Source: Octopus sinensis
Lineage: Eukaryota
Assembly (NCBI RefSeq): GCF_006345805.1
Contig: NW_021835038.1
Coordinates: 5,416-69,415, forward strand
DNA: 64,000 nucleotides
Direction: 5' to 3'
A program made the position numbers and the translations under genes. Below, in pieces: positions 36,328-49,136 of the stretch. The notes below the pieces were generated by a model. It saw only the letters and a program-made list of their open reading frames with translations, did not search any database and was not told the origin of the DNA. Position 1 is the stretch's first letter, and each line of letters opens with the position of its first letter.

Positions 36328-38925
36328 TGGGCACAGAGCAGGAAGTATAAAATATTGAAAGAACGGGCCTGAAAGTGGTAATGGAGGAGCTGAAACAGCG
36401 CCTCATTTCAAAGAAAGCAAAGATGGTAAGATACGACCAAAGAATGAAGGGATACTAGCAGAACAGGTTATTCAGTGTAGATCAGAAGAGATTCTACAAA
36501 GCAATAAATGGAGGGTGTACCGATGAATAGTTGATACCAGATAATATTGAAAGTCAAAGGTTTTGGAGTGACATCTGGAGCAAAGACAAGGAGCACAAGA
36601 AGGATGCTGAATGGTTGCAAGAACTGAAACAAACAGTAGTTTGTCCACAACAAGCAGAACTAGTCATTTCAGTTAGGGAAGTGAAGGAAATCAGCAAACA
36701 AAAAAAGGGCAACTAGAAGGCCCCGGGACCAGATGGAGTTCAAGGCTACTGGATCAAAAGATTTGGTGAATGTCATGCACGAATAGTTGCACAACTCAAC
36801 ACCTTGTTAAATGCCAACCAAGTAACACCAGAGTGGTTTACAAAGGATAGGACAGTGCTGTGCTTGAAAAACATCGAAAAAGGCAATACGGTAGAAACTT
36901 ACAGGCCGATATCCTGCTTGCCACTTATGCGGAAATTATTGACTGGAACAGTCGCAGAGTAAATGTACGGACATCTGGAAAAAATGGAGCACTCCCACAT
37001 GAGCAGAAAGGTTGCAAGCGTAAGTGCAGAGGTAACAAGGATCAACACCTGGTAGACAAAGCTGTACTTAGAGACTGCAAGAGGAGGAAAACTAACTTAG
37101 CCATGGCGTCGATTATCGTAAGGCGTACGATATGATCCCACATTCTTGAATTATGGAATTGCATTGCATCGAATGTTGAATGCTTGGAAAAAGTATGGCG
37201 CAGTAGAGGACGGAATTGACAGCATATGGAAGTTGTTTAGGGACAATAGAAATCAGGAGAGACATCTTCCCGGGGGACTGCCCTTCCCCACTGATCTTTG
37301 TACCACTAATACTGATTCTGAGGAAAGCAAAAGCTGGGTATGTATTCAAAAGCCGCCAACAAAAAGTCAACCACTTATTATTCATGGATTACCTCAAACT
37401 TTATGATAAAGATGAATCCCGAATCAGTTCCCTCGTTGAGACAGTGTATACTTTCAGTGTTGATATCAGAATTGAGTTCGGACTGAAAAAGCGTGGTGTG
37501 TTAGTCTTGAAGAGCGGCAACAATAAATGTATGGACGGGCTAGCGATACAGTCGATGGGGGTTATGAAGCAGATAGAAGAGACAGGCTATAAGTGTTTGG
37601 GGATATTGGAAATGCATAAATTGATGGAGAAATAAATGATAGAAAAATATAAGGCGGAGTACTTGTGCAGACTGATCCTTAAGTCGAAATTAAACGGACT
37701 AAACAAGATTGAAGCTATTAAACACCTGGGCGGTTTCACTCCTTAGATATGTAGCAGGGGTAATCGCATGGACAGTAGACGAACTAAACAGCTTAGACAG
37801 AAAGAAGTTGCTGACTAGATATGGGATACTCCACCCCAAAAGTGACAGTCATATTGTATGTACCAAGAAAAAGAAGGGGAAGAGGAATGACTGAATGCAA
37901 ACACAGCATTAGAGCAGAAGAAAACAACATAACATGGTATGTAAAAAAATGCCACAGAACCACTATTATTGGAAGTAAGAAGGTCAGGCTTGTGATGGAT
38001 GGAAGATTGCAAAGATAAAGCACTGAGCAAGCACTTGAGAATAGATGAAACTGAAAATAGGTGGATAAATAAAAGAATGCGTAGACAATTTCATAGGGAT
38101 GTTGAACATATGACAGACATAGAAAAAAAGATGGCTATGAATGTGATTTAAAACCGGAAACGGAAGCTCTAATCTTTGCTGCCCAAGAGCAAGCATTAAG
38201 AAGCAATTATATCAAATTCATCGAAATCTGTGCTCCCCAAGAGCAAGCAATAAGAAGCAATTACATAAAATACAGAATAGACAACACACCAGAAAGTGAT
38301 AAGTGCAGAATTTGTTGACAAAATGGTGAAACCATGTGGCATATTACCAGTCAATGTATGCCACTATCTCAAAAGGAACATAAGAGACGTCATGATAATA
38401 TAGCAAGGCTTGTCCATTGGACACTTTGCAACAAGTATGGACTTGACAGAGCAAAATGATGATACGAACATAAATCCGAAGGCATCATCGAAAATGATAA
38501 TGCAAAGATCCTATGGGATTTTATGATTCGGTGCGACCATGAGATAGAAAATAGGAAACCAGACATAGTCTTAATTGAGAAAGAAAGCAAACTATGCTGG
38601 ATTATATATATAGCGTACCCAGCTGACAACAAGGTATGCGATAAGGAAGAAAGAAAAGTTGAGTGATATGATAGGTTAGCTTGGAAAGTTAAGCAGTTGT
38701 GGTCGATGAAAAAGGTAGCAGTAGTACCAATAATTGTCGGAGCCCTGGGGACAGTGAGCAAAAATCTCGAGAAGTACGTGGAACAAATAGGGGTTGCAAC
38801 AAGGGTGGAGCACTTGCAGAATACTCCGGATGGTGCTCGAAAAATAAGGAGTGTTACCTTAGTTTTCTGGTAGTGAAAAGCTGGCACCGTAGTACATCTC
38901 TAATGTTAGAAGCTGTGCAAAGACG
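36328..38925 (+). mobile_element. 5'-truncated, heavily decayed R4/Dong-type LINE flanked by (AAT)n
   Basis: KAPGPDGVQGYWIK about 36718-36760; [14 protein letters not shown] about 36900; [20 protein letters not shown]; FMDYLKLY; CRIC...ETMWHITSQC about 38303-38356; RKPDIV about 38553; PIIVGALG about 38727; (AAT)n both sides. Confidence 0.88.
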
Positions 38926-39014
38926 ATAATAATAATAATATAATAATAATAATAATATAATAATAATAATAATAATAAAATAATAATAATAATAATAATA
39001 ATAATATAATAATA

Positions 39015-39045
<31 letters not shown>

Positions 39046-39048
<3 letters not shown>

Positions 39049-39240
39049 CCTGTCTTCTAAAGGCACAAGACCTGAAATATGGGGGTAGGGGACTAGTCGA
39101 TTACATCGACCCCAGTACGCAACTGGTACTTAATGTATCGACCCCGAAAGAATGAAAGTAAAGTCAACCTCAGCGGAATTTGAACTCAGAACGTAGCAAC
39201 AGGCGAAATACCGCTAAACATTTCAACTAGCGTGTGCCAG
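39046..39240 (-). mobile_element. SINE family B copy (B2 tail)
   Basis: gactagtcgattacatcgaccccagtacgcaactggtac...gaactcagaacg. Confidence 0.85.
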
Positions 39241-39251
39241 AAATGGAGATT

Positions 39252-39768
39252 TGAAGCTGGAAATACATGGTGCAATCATCGAGTGGAAAGAGTACTGGAG
39301 TCGGAGAAATGTAAGACTTTGTGGGACTTCCCTATTCAAGGGCATAAGTAATTATAAAAATAATAGACCAGATATAACGATTGTATATAAGGAAAAGCGA
39401 AGTTGCTTACTTATTGACCCACCATGCCCGTTTGATTCCAGGAAGGTAAAGAAGAATAAAATACAATTCATTAGAGTTTGAAATAGTAAGAATTTGGTAC
39501 ACGCGAACAGTAAAGGTTGGGCCTATAATAACTGATGCGTTGGGAACAGTAAGCCAAAATATATAGACAAATGGCTGAAGGAAATTGAAATAGAGTGCCC
39601 TGTAGAGTACCGATAGAAAGTCTGTCTCTTAGGAACAGCAAGGATTATCAAGAGGGTTTTAAGCACTTGAAAGATTGCTGAAAACTTGTGGATGCCTAAG
39701 GTTTCAGGAATAACCCGTTACCCTCCTAATTTCTACCAAGAATAAAACCGAACTTGAGCCAAACCAAA
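39252..39768 (+). mobile_element. R4/Dong-type LINE 3' fragment
   Basis: NNRPDITIVYKEKRSCLLIDPPCPFD (ORF 39251..39481); CLLGTARIIKRVLST* about 39624-39669; ends in aataataatgataat. Confidence 0.75.
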
Positions 39769-39785
39769 ATAATAATGATAATAAA

Positions 39786-40218
39786 GGCGCAGGAGTGGCT
39801 GTGTGGTAAGTAGCTTGCTTACCAACCCACATGGTACTGGGTTCATTCCCACTGCGTGGCACCTTGGGCAAAGTGTCTTCTACTATAGCCTCGGGCCGAC
39901 CAAAGCCTTGTGAGTGGATTTGGTAGATGGAAACTGAAAGAAGCCCGTCGTATATATGTATATATATATGCATGCGTGTGTATATGTTTGTGTGTCTGTG
40001 TTTGTCTCCCCAACATCGCTTGACAACCGATGCTGGTGTGTTTACGTCCCCGTAACTTAGAGGTTCGGCAAAAGACACCGATAGAATAAGTACTAGGCTT
40101 CCAAAAAGTAAGTCCTGGGGTTGATTTGCTCGATTAAAAAGGCGGTGCTCCAGCATGGCCAAAGTCAAATGACTGAAACAAGTAAAAGAGTAAAAGAGAG
40201 TCAAAGAGAGTAAAAGAG
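39786..40218 (+). mobile_element. SINE family A, full length
   Basis: ggcgcaggagtggctgtgtggtaag head through gtaaaagag tail. Confidence 0.9.
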
Positions 40219-40364
40219 TAATAACGTTTTCTTTATTAACCACAAATGATTAACAGAAAGACCAAGGATATGAAATGGTGAGGAATTACATGAAAGCGTG
40301 AAATAATAAAAACAAAATTCGAACATGAAAAAACTCCCCCCCAAAGGGACACTTCCGAGAACTG

Positions 40365-41285
40365 CTCGTGAAAATCCTACTAAACTACGGTCATCCTGAC
40401 CAAAAGAGCATGTGCCTTCTCCTCGTCCTGTTCTCCCAGTTTACAGTCGCATGCTCAGAACAGGTCTGTTCACTCAGACTGTACTTGTCACATTCACCCA
40501 GCTTTCAAAAATTTTTCTGGAAGGCAGCACGTGCGTCTCCACCTTCACTTTCCTTTTTTTTTTTCTTTTTTTTTTTTCAAGTGAAACTTGAAAACGTTAA
40601 TGAGGGTTTGAACAGAGAAGAAAGTGTCCATCTTCAGCCCTTACAAACTGGTCCACCACACGACCTCTTTTGCTAAGTTCACCAGACAGATTAAACACTG
40701 CCTGTCCTTCACAATCAGAATAAGACAGCAGGGCGATTTTCACAATGGACTCAGCCGATAGCTGGATTCGTCCTACTCGTGGCAGTTCGACATCAGTCAG
40801 CAATTCTCCGGCACTAGACGCGTGCGAAACAGTTTCGTCACTCTGCGCACATTTCGTGTAGGCCTGCCTGATGGCTCTACTCAGTGACTGTAGTTTTTAT
40901 CTTAAACCAGCAATGCCCTTCAGTAGCATTGCATAGGGCGCAGATTTCTGGAAATTATCCGAGAGCCTGCTCGAAAGTCCAGCAGGACAGACCAACCAGT
41001 TGATACTCGTCGATGCTCAGTCTTCTCGAAAACGTCATCATACTTGCGTGCCACTAAATCTCTGTGAAACGCCGACTGCTGTGCCCGACTGACAGAGAGT
41101 GTGAATACCTAATGGCACTGAAATTGCCAGGCACCCTACCTCGGTTTACGCTTGATCCAGTTCAGTCAAAGAGACTAGCTGCGGATAAGCGAGTCTGACA
41201 AAAGGCGAACACACAAGCTAACCGTGGAGGAAACGCGGGAGATGTCACTGCCTCAATGCATGTCTGCACATCATCGGCCACACAT
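40365..41285 (-). pseudogene. Unidentified GC-richer decayed coding-like segment
   Basis: Non-repetitive; the minus frame reads LQSLSRAIRQAYTKCAQ...GRIQLSAESIVKIALLSYSDCEGQAVFNLSGELSKRGRVVDQFVRAEDGHFLLCSNPH, with stops and a poly(T) run elsewhere. Family not recognised. Confidence 0.3.
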
Positions 41286-41330
41286 TTGTATATTTGTGTG
41301 CGCGTGTGTGTGTGTGTGTTTGTGTGTGTA

Positions 41331-41375
<45 letters not shown>

Positions 41376-41699
41376 TATATATGTGTGTGTGTATAATGTT
41401 TGTGTATATGTATGTATAAAAATATATATATATATATAATATATATATATATTTGTACATACATATACACAAACATTTATACACACATATATATATACAC
41501 AAATATATATGCACACAAACATACAAACATGCATGCACACGTACACACATACATACACAGACACAGTATATACATACACAGACACAGTACATACACACAT
41601 GCTTGCATATGCAGGAGACAAATAACAGTCAATGCAACTGGAACCATTACAACATTAGAAATTTGCAAGACTGTCACCGTACTTAATATGAACATATCT

Positions 41700-43040
41700 T
41701 TGAGTTAGAGCACGACTGTGTTCTGGTAAACCACACTCCACCCTGGAAGACGTATGGACTACAATTTTGGCAGTCATCACAGTTTACAAATGATTGGGCC
41801 TGCCAATTAAAACACATAACTGAGGTCATGTCTTCATCACCTTCTGACTTTAACATTTCCTCAATACAACAGCACAACCATTCACACTCTCCCAAGTCTG
41901 ATAGATACCTTGGCAGCACCATTTCCAATGACTGCCCACTTGATTCTTTCTAAACAGCTGTTTCATACCAAAATTGTCTTTTACTGGACATCCACCATGG
42001 GTGCCCAGAAACAGACCAAGTGCAGCCAATACTACAGGGCACTGGAGGTCTTTAACATCCAGTGTTTCTAGAAGATTCTTTTTGTCACTTGACAAGATAG
42101 GGTTATGTTGTGTGGACGCCCCCAGACGATGAAGTAGGCTAGCCCAATACATAGATATAGAGGGAGAAGTCTAGACGTCAGGAGTTGAGTAGAGGTCATT
42201 GGAATGTGCAATATAACAGTGGCAACGAGGATTTCGTAGCACACACAGCCACTGTGTAGTATTGTGATATAACAGGTTACATACCTATAAACCTTCTGTT
42301 AAAACTAACACCTGCAGTATAGTACAGGCATCAACTAAAATGGTTTGATGATGTAGTGTGCATGTGTGACTCATGTCTTTTCTCTATGAACCACTACGGC
42401 TAGCTACACTGTGATCAAAACCTGACTGAAGGACTTTAAAAATAGTTCCAGTACATACTGTTTGATACCTTTCTCACTGGCGACCTCATTATTACTGATT
42501 ATAAATAACTACATCTGTCAATTGAACATCACAAAATTGAAGTCATCTTCATCACCTTCTCACTTTAACATTTCCTCAATACAACAGCACAACCATTCAC
42601 ACTCTCCCAAGTCTGATAGATACCTTCGCAGCACCATTTCCAATGACTGCCCACTTGATTCTTTCTAAACACTGTACAGGCATCAACTAAAACAGTTTGG
42701 TCATCTAATCTGCATCAGTGATTCAAGTCTCCTCTGTATGAATCACAATGGCTAGCTACACTGCGATTGATATCTTACAGTGTTCTGTTGTATAGGCGCA
42801 CTTGCTTTGTGTCTGGGCACCCATGGTGGATACCCAGTAAAAGACATCTTTAGTATGGGAAATCTGCTTAGAAAGAATAAAATGTGTAGTCATTGGAAAT
42901 GTGCTGCCAAAGTTCTCTTTTACTGGACATCCACCATGGGTGCCCAGACACAGAGCAAGTGCAGCCAATAAACAGGACACTGTAAGTCTTTAAACTCCAC
43001 TGCCTCCAGAAGATTCTTTTAGTCACTTGACAAGATAGGA
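41700..43040 (+). mobile_element. Rearranged mosaic of RTE-clade LINE RT C-terminal fragments (direct and inverted copies)
   Basis: RYL(G/R)STISNDCPLD at about 41903-41942 and 42618-42658; catccaccatgggtgcccag at about 41990 and 42927 and inverted at about 42815-42835; acaggcatcaactaaaa at about 42326 and 42676. Confidence 0.7.
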
Positions 43041-43665
43041 TTACATATATAGAAAGTGGAAGTGAACATTGTGGCCTCTGTCAAGGCATGGCAATTTAGT
43101 TTTTTTTATGACTTGTTAAAAAGAAGTGAGATAATACCAATTAGTATTTTCACTATCTCGAAGACTAATTGGGAAAACATGTAGTGAAGAACCAAACTTT
43201 AGTGCTAAGTGCACTAAAGTACTCAACTTCTGGTGTTGAGCCTTGCAATAAATATAATCAGTCACCTGATTTAATGACTGATATTTTTGATGAGGATCCA
43301 TGAAATTAATGTTTACAAAATTACACATGCAATACTAAAGTCACTCCAAGCTTCTTCTACAGCATAATTTGCTTAAGGTGAATTGAAGGGATGATGGAAA
43401 CTGAAAGCATTTTCTATTAGTGGTTAACAATGGATAAATAAATATTTCATGAATTTAATTTTGGGTTTGGACAATCAAAGAATAGATATTAAAATGTTAT
43501 AACTTCCTTAACAAAGGAGATTTTTTTGAATAATAACCCAAATTTTTTTGCTTAGAAGGTATGTTAGCATTGGGATAACTGTAATTTTTTTTTTTTGTTT
43601 GGGAGGTCATATTTAAAAAAGAGATTTCAACCTCGATATTGGATTTAAAAACTTATAGCATAGAG

Positions 43666-44190
43666 CAGTGGTTTTTAACTGGGGGGTTCATTAAAGATTT
43701 GTTGTTAAAAATCATGCTCACAAATCAGTTATACTTTTACAACACATAAAATATTTCAACAATTTTTTTTTTATATAATTCTTAATAATATTTAGTCATA
43801 AAAATATAATGGGATTTTTAAAAAACTTCATATGGTTATGAGGGTCCTGTTGTGTAAAACAGAAATGAAAGGATTCCACAAGCGAAAAATGGTTGACTAT
43901 GGTTTAAAGATTTTGTGCTTTATTTAATCTGTCAGTCTAGATCAGTGATTCTCAACATGGGGTCCACATAAGATTTAGGTGTTAAAATAAATCAGTTATA
44001 CTTTTACAATACACAAAACATTTTAACAATTTTTTATACAACGGTGGCGCCCCAGCTTGATTGCAGCTTTAAAGCTGAATCAATTTAAAGAATTAAAGAA
44101 TTAAAGAAATTCCTAATAATATTCAATTATAAAAATATAATAGTAATTTTTAAAATTTCAAGTAACTATAAGGGTCCAGTTGAGAAAAAT
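43666..44190 (+). mobile_element. Two tandem hAT (Charlie-like) MITE copies
   Basis: CAGTGGTTTTTAAC at 43666 and CAGTGATTCTCAAC at 43943, preceded by tagag / gtctagat; shared aaatcagttatacttttaca interior; second copy interrupted by a SINE A tail fragment at about 44041-44108. Confidence 0.6.
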
Positions 44191-44651
44191 AGGCAAAATA
44201 AAAAGAAAGTGATTGAAAATGACTTTATTGGATAATAATGGTTGATTTTTCAAAATTTCGCATGATCTGAATTGAAACCAATAATTATTGGTGGAGGACA
44301 TCTGCAGGATAATTTGAAAAAGTCAATGGACAACTCAGGACTGAATCATGTTTCATGAATTTTGGGGTACATTAATTCTGTATTCAAAACATACTGTTGT
44401 ATGAAATTTTTTTTTTTTTTTTGTAATCTTTCCTCTCTCTATCCATGATATAAGTACTAGTTACATTCATGGAAAGAACAAAAAGAAAAGAAAAAAAGAA
44501 AGAAAAAAGACATTCTGTTGTAACAGAAGGCTGGATAAAAATTGGCCCTTTCCCAAGCAATAAGAAACTTGACTTTGACAGCTATAATGAAAGTGATTCT
44601 TAGCAACGATGATACTGTCTGTAAGTTATGAGAATACAGTTTAACTTTATA

Positions 44652-45047
44652 GGTGCAGGAATGGCTGTGTGGTAAGTAGCTTGCTTACCAACCACATAAT
44701 TCCGGGTTCAGTCCCACTGCGAGGCACCTTGGGCAAGAGTCTTCTACTGTAGCCTCAGGCTGACCAAAGCCTTGTGAGTGGATTTGGTAGACGGAAACTG
44801 AAAGAATCCCATCGTGTATATATATATATGGTTGTATGTATATGTTTGTGTGTCTGTGTTTGTCCCCCCACCATCACTTGACAACTGAAGCTGGTGTGTT
44901 TACGTTCCTGTCACTTAGTGGTTCAGCAAAAGAGACCAATAGAATAAGTACTAGGCTTCCAAAGAATAAGTCCTGGGGTCGATTTGCTCAACTAAAGGCA
45001 GTGCTCCAGCATGGCCGCAGTCAAATGACTGAAACAAATAAAAGAAT
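44652..45047 (+). mobile_element. SINE family A, full length
   Basis: Head to tail match; aactttata / aactttgata TSD-like flanks. Confidence 0.9.
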
Positions 45048-45180
45048 AACTTTGATAATATTACTTACCAGCTATGATAATAATGTTTATTAACTATGAA
45101 AATACAATTTATTAGCTACAGTGATACTGTTTAGTAGTTATGCCGGTACTGTTTATTAACAATGTTTATTAGCTAGAATT

Positions 45181-45485
45181 TTTCTTTTATTCTTTTACTT
45201 GTATTCAGTCATGTAACTGCAACCATGCTGGAGCACCAGCTTAATAGGTTTTAGTCGAACAAATTGACACCAGGACATACTTTGTAAGCCTAGAACTTAT
45301 TCTATCAGTCTCTTTTGCTGAACTGCTAACACACCAAGGCTTCTTTCAGTTTCTGACTTCCAATCCACTCACAAGGTTTTGGACAGCTCAAGGTTATAGT
45401 AAAAAACACTTGCCCAAGGTGCCACGCAGCGGGGACTGAACTAGAACCATGTGGTTGAGAAACAAACTCCTTACCACACAGCCAT
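45181..45485 (-). mobile_element. SINE family A with internal deletion
   Basis: Tail ttttacttgtattcagtc, head ccttaccacacagccat; central part missing. Confidence 0.85.
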
Positions 45486-45530
45486 GTCTGATGGGTTTTT
45501 TTTTTAATGCTATGGTGATATACCATCACA

Positions 45531-45922
45531 GTGGAGGCGCAATGGCCCAGTGGTTAGGGCAGCGGACTCGCGGTCGGAGGATCGCAGTTTCGATTCTCAG
45601 ACCGGGCATTGTGAGTGTTTATTGAGCGAAAACACCTAAAGCTCCACGAGGCTCACCAGGGGGTGGTGGTGAACCCTGCTGTACTCTTTCACCACAACTT
45701 TCTCTCGCTCTTTCTTCCTGTTTCTCTTGTACCTGTATTTCAAAGGGCCAGCCTTGTCACACTCTGTGTCACGCTGAATCTCCTCGAGAACTACGTTAAG
45801 GGTACACGTGTCTGTGGAGTGCTCAGCCACTTGCACGTTAATATCACGAGCAAGCTGTTCCGTGATCATATCAGCTGGGACCCTCATCGTCGCAACCGAT
45901 GGAGTGCTCCTATATAAAAAAA
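45531..45922 (+). mobile_element. tRNA-headed SINE family D with 11-bp TSD
   Basis: gtggaggcgcaatggcccagtggttagg (A box), gtttcgattc (B box), A-rich tail; ataccatcaca at 45520-45530 and 45923-45933. Confidence 0.85.
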
Positions 45923-46217
45923 ATACCATCACAATAATAATGAGATGAAACAGTATTGTTTAAGAAGATATGAGGTTACAGAAAAATAAAGCTTTTGCCA
46001 GGATCACCTCTTTATCTGATGAAATATTTAGTTAGCCTGAAAATTATATCCATGGCATTCTAATCCAGCCACATATTCAAGCAAACACACACACGTCCAT
46101 ACACACACACACACATACACACACACACACACACACATATACATACACACACATACAACATACACACATACACATGTTCGTTTGTAATCACATTCTGAAA
46201 TGAAAAAAAAAATAAAA

Positions 46218-46576
46218 TAAAAGGTAACGGAGGGGCAGTGCGTAGCCTGCGCGCGCATAAGGAGAACATAAAATAAATTTAATAAATATATTCTCAGACG
46301 AATTCATATTTCAACAAAATGAAACCTAGAGTTATTTCCCCCAGCTTATCGTTTATTCTTATGTAACGAAGAAACAAAACATTTTGATTCACTTTTCCGC
46401 CTGTTTTGACTATAATCAAACCAAAATTAAATGAGTTCGAGCCACTCACCCAATAATTGAGTATTTCTGCCAAATTTGGTGAAAATCCGTTCAGCCATTT
46501 TCCAGTAATTTTGCAAACACACAGACAAATACGAGCGACTACAATAGCGTGCTTTCGCTTCCGCGCGCAGGGTAAT
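46218..46576 (+). mobile_element. Helentron/DINE-like non-autonomous element
   Basis: Sub-terminal inverted repeat cctgcgcgcg 46246-46255 / cgcgcgcagg 46562-46571; aaatttggtgaaaatccgttcagcc core; acacacagacaaa; ends gtaat. Confidence 0.55.
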
Positions 46577-46702
46577 TATCAGACTCATTTGAAACAGTAT
46601 TAAGTTACACTAAAATCACTTAAAATATACACTTATATGTATGCATTGGAGATGTTAGACACACGGTTACATTTTCTCTTGTAGTAATAGTTTGTGCGTT
46701 TT

Positions 46703-46748
<46 letters not shown>

Positions 46749-46955
46749 ATATCAAATTAGAGACAAAACCACTACTATGCAAATCAAACAAAGAAAGACT
46801 TAAGCCAATACATAATTAAATCTGATTTTTCCTTGTAAATTTGGATTTATTCCCTAATATTTATTATTATTATATATATATATATATATATATATAATGA
46901 GATACAGAGAAGTTTCAACTCAGGCAGACTACGATTGCTGTATATATATATTTTA

Positions 46956-47002
<47 letters not shown>

Positions 47003-47899
47003 ATTTAATATGATAGAATTGTCTAAAACATATATTACTACATTCAGAATATAAAGATATAGAAATATATATGAATGTTAAAAATATGCAAGGACAAACC
47101 AGTTAATACATTTCTGGCGCAAACGCTATTCTTTTCCCCTGACAATGGGGGGGGGGTGCATTCTTTGGAAGTGAATCATGAGATTCACATGTACTCTTTG
47201 AATAAACTCTAGAAACGATCGTCGGAATACTTCATTTCCTTTGAATATGGTACCAAAAACTCTTTTTAAACATCCAATACTCCTTCCATTCCATAATTTC
47301 TTGAGAATATTTTAAAGAAATGTCTTTCATTATTTCATTATTCTTATCTATATTTTTATCTTTACTCTATTGTATTTGTATATCTACGTATTTATTTGTT
47401 CTTGCATATTTTTAACATTCATATATTTTTATATTTCTATATATGTATATTCTGAATGTGTTAATAAATGTTTTACTCAATTCTCTCATTTTAAACCCGT
47501 GTATGTATACATCAATTGTAGTCTGCCTGAGTTGAACCTCTTCTCTGTATCTATTGTACTTGTCTAGCGTCTTGGGTTCGACTCGAGCACTTCCATGCTT
47601 TCTTTGCTTTTCTAAAGAAATTTATAATATATATATATATCTCCTTAAAAGCTAGCTCCTGTGGAGGGCTCTGCTTTGGGCCTTGAGCCCAACAAAAACA
47701 CTTCATGCATTGAGTACATATATCAAATTTTATCAAACTTGACCAATATTTTTCAAGCAATGAACAATTTTCATCAAAACAATGATGGAACCTATTGCAA
47801 AGCTACATGATAAACAATTTTTGTCTTCCCATTTAGGGGTCAGTACAATTTTTTTTCTGTCTAATCTCTTTCTTTCTCTCTCTCTCTCTTTCTGTTGAT

Positions 47900-48240
47900 T
47901 GTTTTCAACCATCATCATTACCAGTGCTACTACCATCGCCACCACAACTGCCATACACGCACCATTTAGACTTCTGATGCCACCACCATCAACATCTTTG
48001 AGTTCGGCGCCTTCCCCTCCATCACCACCATTACTGTCTTTCACATTGTTTACTATCACCTTCATCCCTGACTGTTTCGGTTACCACCACCACCACCACC
48101 ACCACCACTACCATCATCACTGTCACCTCTGCCTCTATCACAACTACAGCTCATACTATTACTATCACCCATTACTATCACAACCGTCAATCTACTACCG
48201 CCCTCACCATCTCTATACCTATTATTACTCTCACCCCAGC
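47900..48240. repeat. Degenerate (CAT/CAC/TAC)n array
   Basis: Direct reading. Confidence 0.8.
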
Positions 48241-48390
48241 AGGTGGAATAGTAGAAGTGTCATTGAATAGTAAGAGGGTGGGGGTCATTATTATATAGAT
48301 ATATGTACAGAGTATTAGAAGTGGTCAGCCTATAAACTTTTGCGTCGACCCTCGCTAGTTGCCTTTCTCTAAGTTCTTGTTGAGATCGAT

Positions 48391-48908
48391 ACTCTTTTAC
48401 TCTTTTACTTGTTTCAGTCATTTGACTGCGGCCATGCTGGAGCACCGCCTTTTAGTCGAGCAAATCGACCCGGGACTTATTCTTTTGTAAGCCCAGTACT
48501 TATTCTATCGGTCTCTTTTACTTGTTTCAGTCATTTGACTGAGGCCATGCTGGAGCACCGCCTTTTAGTCGAGCAAATCGACCCGGGACTTATTCTTTTG
48601 TAAGCCCAGTACTTATTCTATTGGTCTCTTTTGCCAAACCGCTAAGTGACGGGGACGAAAACACACCAGCATCGGTTGTCAAGCAATGCTAGGGGGACAA
48701 ACACAGTCATACAAACATACACACACACACATATATATATACATATATACGACAGGCTTCTTTCAGTTTCCGTCTACCAAATCCACTCACAAGGCATTGG
48801 TCGGCCCCGGGCTATAACAGAAGACACTTGCCCAAGATGCCACGCAGTGGGACTGAACCCGCAACCATGTGGTTGGTTAGCAAGCTACTTACCACACAGC
48901 CACTCCTA
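48391..48908 (-). mobile_element. SINE family A with a 113-bp internal tandem duplication
   Basis: tcttttacttgtttcagtc at 48401 and 48514; head cacacagccactcc ends at about 48907. Confidence 0.9.
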
Positions 48909-49136
48909 CGGAATCATTAAAATAATTATCTGAAATGTATTTAGTTTCGATCAATCGAATATTCATCGCTTCTTGTCAATGTATTGGAATTTTTACAAAC
49001 GCAAATACTTACACATTCTCTCTCAGCCTTTTATTTGTTTCAGTCATATGACTGCAGCCATTTTGAAGCTCCACCGTGTAAGACTAGTTGAATAGATCGA
49101 CGCCAATACTTATTTTCAGCTTAGTACTTATCTATA

